Assembly (NCBI GenBank): GCA_964016885.1
Contig: OZ024743.1
Coordinates: 246,822,001-246,886,000, forward strand
Reading direction: 5' to 3'
DNA: 64,000 bases
From: Eledone cirrhosa
Taxonomy: Eukaryota
Each line of letters starts with the position of its first letter. The first letter of the stretch is position 1. Shown one piece after another: positions 62,963 through 64,000 of the stretch. The position numbers and the translations under genes were made by a program. The notes below the pieces were generated by a model. It was not told where the DNA came from and did no database searches. It saw nothing but the letters and a program-made list of their open reading frames with translations.

Positions 62963-64000
62963 ACAGTGCTGAGACTGGGGAGACCACTAATCCTGGGAGT
63001 ACGCAAAGCAGTGGGAGATGCAGAGTGGATATAGAGCTTTCTGTGTCCCCCCCCCCCCCCCCTATATATATATAGATACACACACACATTATTTGTTTAT
63101 GTTTATACATGGAACTGAGTCGCTATTTAAGGTTTCAAAGTCCAATATTGACCATATCTCCAGATTATAATTGTGACCTAATTCCCAGACTGAAGATTAG
63201 GTCACAAATTTGATCCCTCTTATAATCTGGAGATATGGTCAATATTAGGCTTTGGAACCTTAAATAGTGACTTTGTTCTGTGTATGAACATAAATAATAT
63301 ATCAGCTCTCATACCTGAATGAGCCCATTTTTCTGTTTTCACACCTACAGACATTTACTACACACACACACACACATATATATAGTAGAGTTTACTAATG
63401 GACACACACACTAACATAATTCTTAAATGTGTTCTGATGAAGGTTTATATAAATTTATATAGAAGGCATCTAACACAGATATGTTTCAAAGCTGTTCATG
63501 AATATGTGTTTTGAAGTATTAACAATGGGGGCTTGTATGATCAATATCACATTTAAAAGGATGGTGTTAGGATGAATAGAATGTTAACGGGAATAGAAGT
63601 AGGTTACTTCAGAGATTCCTGGACCTGATGACTGAGAAATGTGAAATTCCTAAACTTTCATGGGCTGTCAGAAAATATACCAACACAAGGATAGTTTTAT
63701 AACTAAAAGGATGCATACATATCTATAATCATCAATTAATGTCCATTTTCCGTATATACATGTGTGGGTGCAGGATATCCGTATATATAAAAAACAAGGA
63801 AAACAATGCTCAATCTATTGCAATCGAACTTAGTATGATTTAAATTTCATAACTTAACAAATTATGTAATTTTGTCCTGGTGCTCGATGAGAGGCCAGTA
63901 TTGAAACGGCTCCTCCACTATACAGTGGTGGCCATAACTGGACCCTCAAACCTAAGGTCACACATACATGTTAAGTGCATGAAATTTTAATTATACTATA

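Noticed and set aside
63434-63480. ctgatga motif suggesting another hammerhead
   Set aside because: No properly placed GAAA box or stem I/III pairing.

Overview
AT-rich eukaryotic (animal) DNA, most likely from an octopus or related coleoid cephalopod. This is inferred from the repeat families and the very dense (TA)n/(CATA)n/(CA)n microsatellites, not from a database search. Most of the window is transposable elements: one structurally complete but mutated CsRn1-type Gypsy LTR element (12929-18281), an older Gypsy-like relic, several RTE LINEs, two DD37D (maT) Tc1/mariner derivatives, at least three Penelope-like retroelement (PLE) families with hammerhead-ribozyme folds, two tRNA-derived SINE families, piggyBac-type MITEs and Helitron-like ends. 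Spread across the minus strand (52985 to 21917) is a spliced host gene that the ORF track does not assemble. Seven GT-AG exons join in phase to encode about 420 aa: a single transmembrane helix with a juxtamembrane CC motif and a long low-complexity, Tyr-rich tail, ending in a tandem-duplicated 84-nt exon (AFEFLDxYLxDDD). I do not recognise the protein family. The most interesting items are this orphan membrane-adaptor-like gene, its duplicated exon, inverted TE pairs bracketing its exons, and variant hammerhead ribozymes at PLE termini. Coordinates were counted by hand, so boundaries of degenerate repeats are approximate.
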